In this document: positions 62,576-64,000 of the stretch, in pieces
How positions within the stretch are numbered: position 1 is the stretch's first letter
Layout: each line of letters starts with the position of its first letter
DNA from: Narcine bancroftii
Taxonomy: Eukaryota
Direction of reading: 5' to 3'
DNA: 64,000 nucleotides
Assembly: GCF_036971445.1 (NCBI RefSeq)
Contig: NC_091481.1
Coordinates: 12,524,001 to 12,588,000 of the forward strand
Translations under genes and position numbers: made by a program
The notes under the pieces: generated by a model
Told to the model about the DNA's origin: nothing
Database searches by the model: none
What the model saw: only the letters and a program-made list of their open reading frames with translations

Positions 62576-63369
62576 AACGATCTTAAGAAAATTGCTGACC
62601 TATTAAAGGAAACTCAAACCTCCAGACTCGAGGACTGTTTCTTTCCTTCTGTTATCAGACTCTGAAAATGGATCTTTCGCTGGGAACAGGTGATGCCTTG
62701 CATTGTTTTAACTACTTTGCTCTTTATTTTCACTACATTTTTGTACTTTATATCCTGACTTCTTGGAACACTACTACAAGCACTAATTTATGTGGGTTTT
62801 TGTTATTGTATTAGTTGTTGTATGAATTGGTTTGCTTGATACCAAGGTACTTGTAATAGTAAACAATGCAATTCAATTTAAATACAGGGAATTTATGTGA
62901 GCTGCTTTGCTCGATCAATAATGTTTGGAAAATTTTCTAATTAATTGACAACCTTGTGCCCAAGGGGCTTTGGAGAATAAATACCAATCTGGCATATTGA
63001 AAGATACAATTCTGTTGATACAATTATGTCGCTTGACTGTAGGAAAGGTCTCCTAATTTAGACACTCATCCCATATTTGTGAAGAGCATTTTATAAGGAC
63101 GACTAAAGTAGGAGTAATTTTGTCATGTCCAAACCAGTGCCTACATCAAAGCCAAGTACTCTGTCCAGCTTTATTTCTTTCTTTAAATGTTGTGGTACTA
63201 AATCTGAATGATTTACAAGGCTACTTAATTGCATGTCTTGGGTAAATAAGCTCCCATAATTGATGAGCTTCATGCTATGAATTACTTGACCCTGGTCTTT
63301 GGGATTATAAAGTATGCAAATAAAATTTAATGTTCAGTTTTGTTTCTGCCTAAATGACTATTGACCAGT

Positions 63370-64000
63370 GACATTCATGTCAACAGTGATGAAGTGTTTT
63401 TGAAAAGCTGGTGTTGAAGCTATCAGGTTCTGTCTGAGCAGTGACATGGATCAGTTCCAATTTGCTTACTGTAACAACGGGTCTGGTGGATGCCATCTCA
63501 CTGGCTCTGCACAAAGCTCCTGAAACACGTGGATAAGAAAGATACATACATCAAGATGCTCTTTATCGACTACAGTTCGGCATCAACACCATCGTCCCCC
63601 TCAAAACTGATCAGCATACTCCAAGACCTGGCACTCAACACCCTACTGTGTAATTGGATCCTGGATTTCCTCAACTCCAGACCAAAATCTGTGAGGATTG
63701 GTATGACATCTCTACAATCTCCATCAGTAATGGAGCAACACAGGGCTGTGATCTGTGTCCCCTGCTCTACTTGCCATACGCCTGACTGTGTGGCAACACC
63801 ATCTACAAATTTGATGACAATACCAGTCATTGGTTGTACAAAAAAAGGAATGGAGTCAGCATACAGGAGAGAAATTGAAAACTTGGTTAAATGATGCACC
63901 AACATCCAAAACCAAGGAACTGAATGTTGACCTCAGGAAGGGAAAACCAGATGATTATTGGGGTATCAGAGGTGGAGAGGGTAAGCAAATTTATGTTCTT
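63370..64000 (+). mobile_element. Rex1/Babar-type LINE RT fragment
   Basis: [21 protein letters not shown]...[13 protein letters not shown]...[12 protein letters not shown]. Confidence 0.85.

Overview
Eukaryotic, intron-rich and repeat-dense vertebrate DNA. The repeat complement (CR1, Rex1/Babar, Penelope-like, RTE, L1, tRNA-type SINEs) suggests a cartilaginous fish; this is inference. Three protein-coding genes can be reconstructed exon by exon with consistent splice phases. (1) RBM28 on the minus strand: nine 5' coding exons from 14631 down to 283, continuing beyond the left edge, with a GC-AG intron. (2) A GARIN1/FAM71F-like gene on the plus strand, 20076-32254, five predicted exons, about 396 aa. 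(3) Calumenin (CALU) on the plus strand: CpG-rich CRE/CCAAT promoter near 37.7-37.95 kb, coding 43535-56467, 316 aa ending HDEF, with a pair of 194-nt mutually exclusive exons and a 3' UTR up to about 3.6 kb. The rest is mostly nested transposons. Most notable: a candidate GARIN1 orthologue outside mammals with a solo LTR upstream; Penelope-derived hairpins carrying hammerhead-ribozyme core motifs; a TSD-bounded L1 lacking almost all of ORF2; a hAT element that may carry captured DNA; a composite double-MITE; an RTE copy with a 5' inversion; and no visible SWS1 opsin downstream of CALU. No prokaryote-type system or CRISPR array is present, and I cannot claim a wholly new biological system from the sequence alone.
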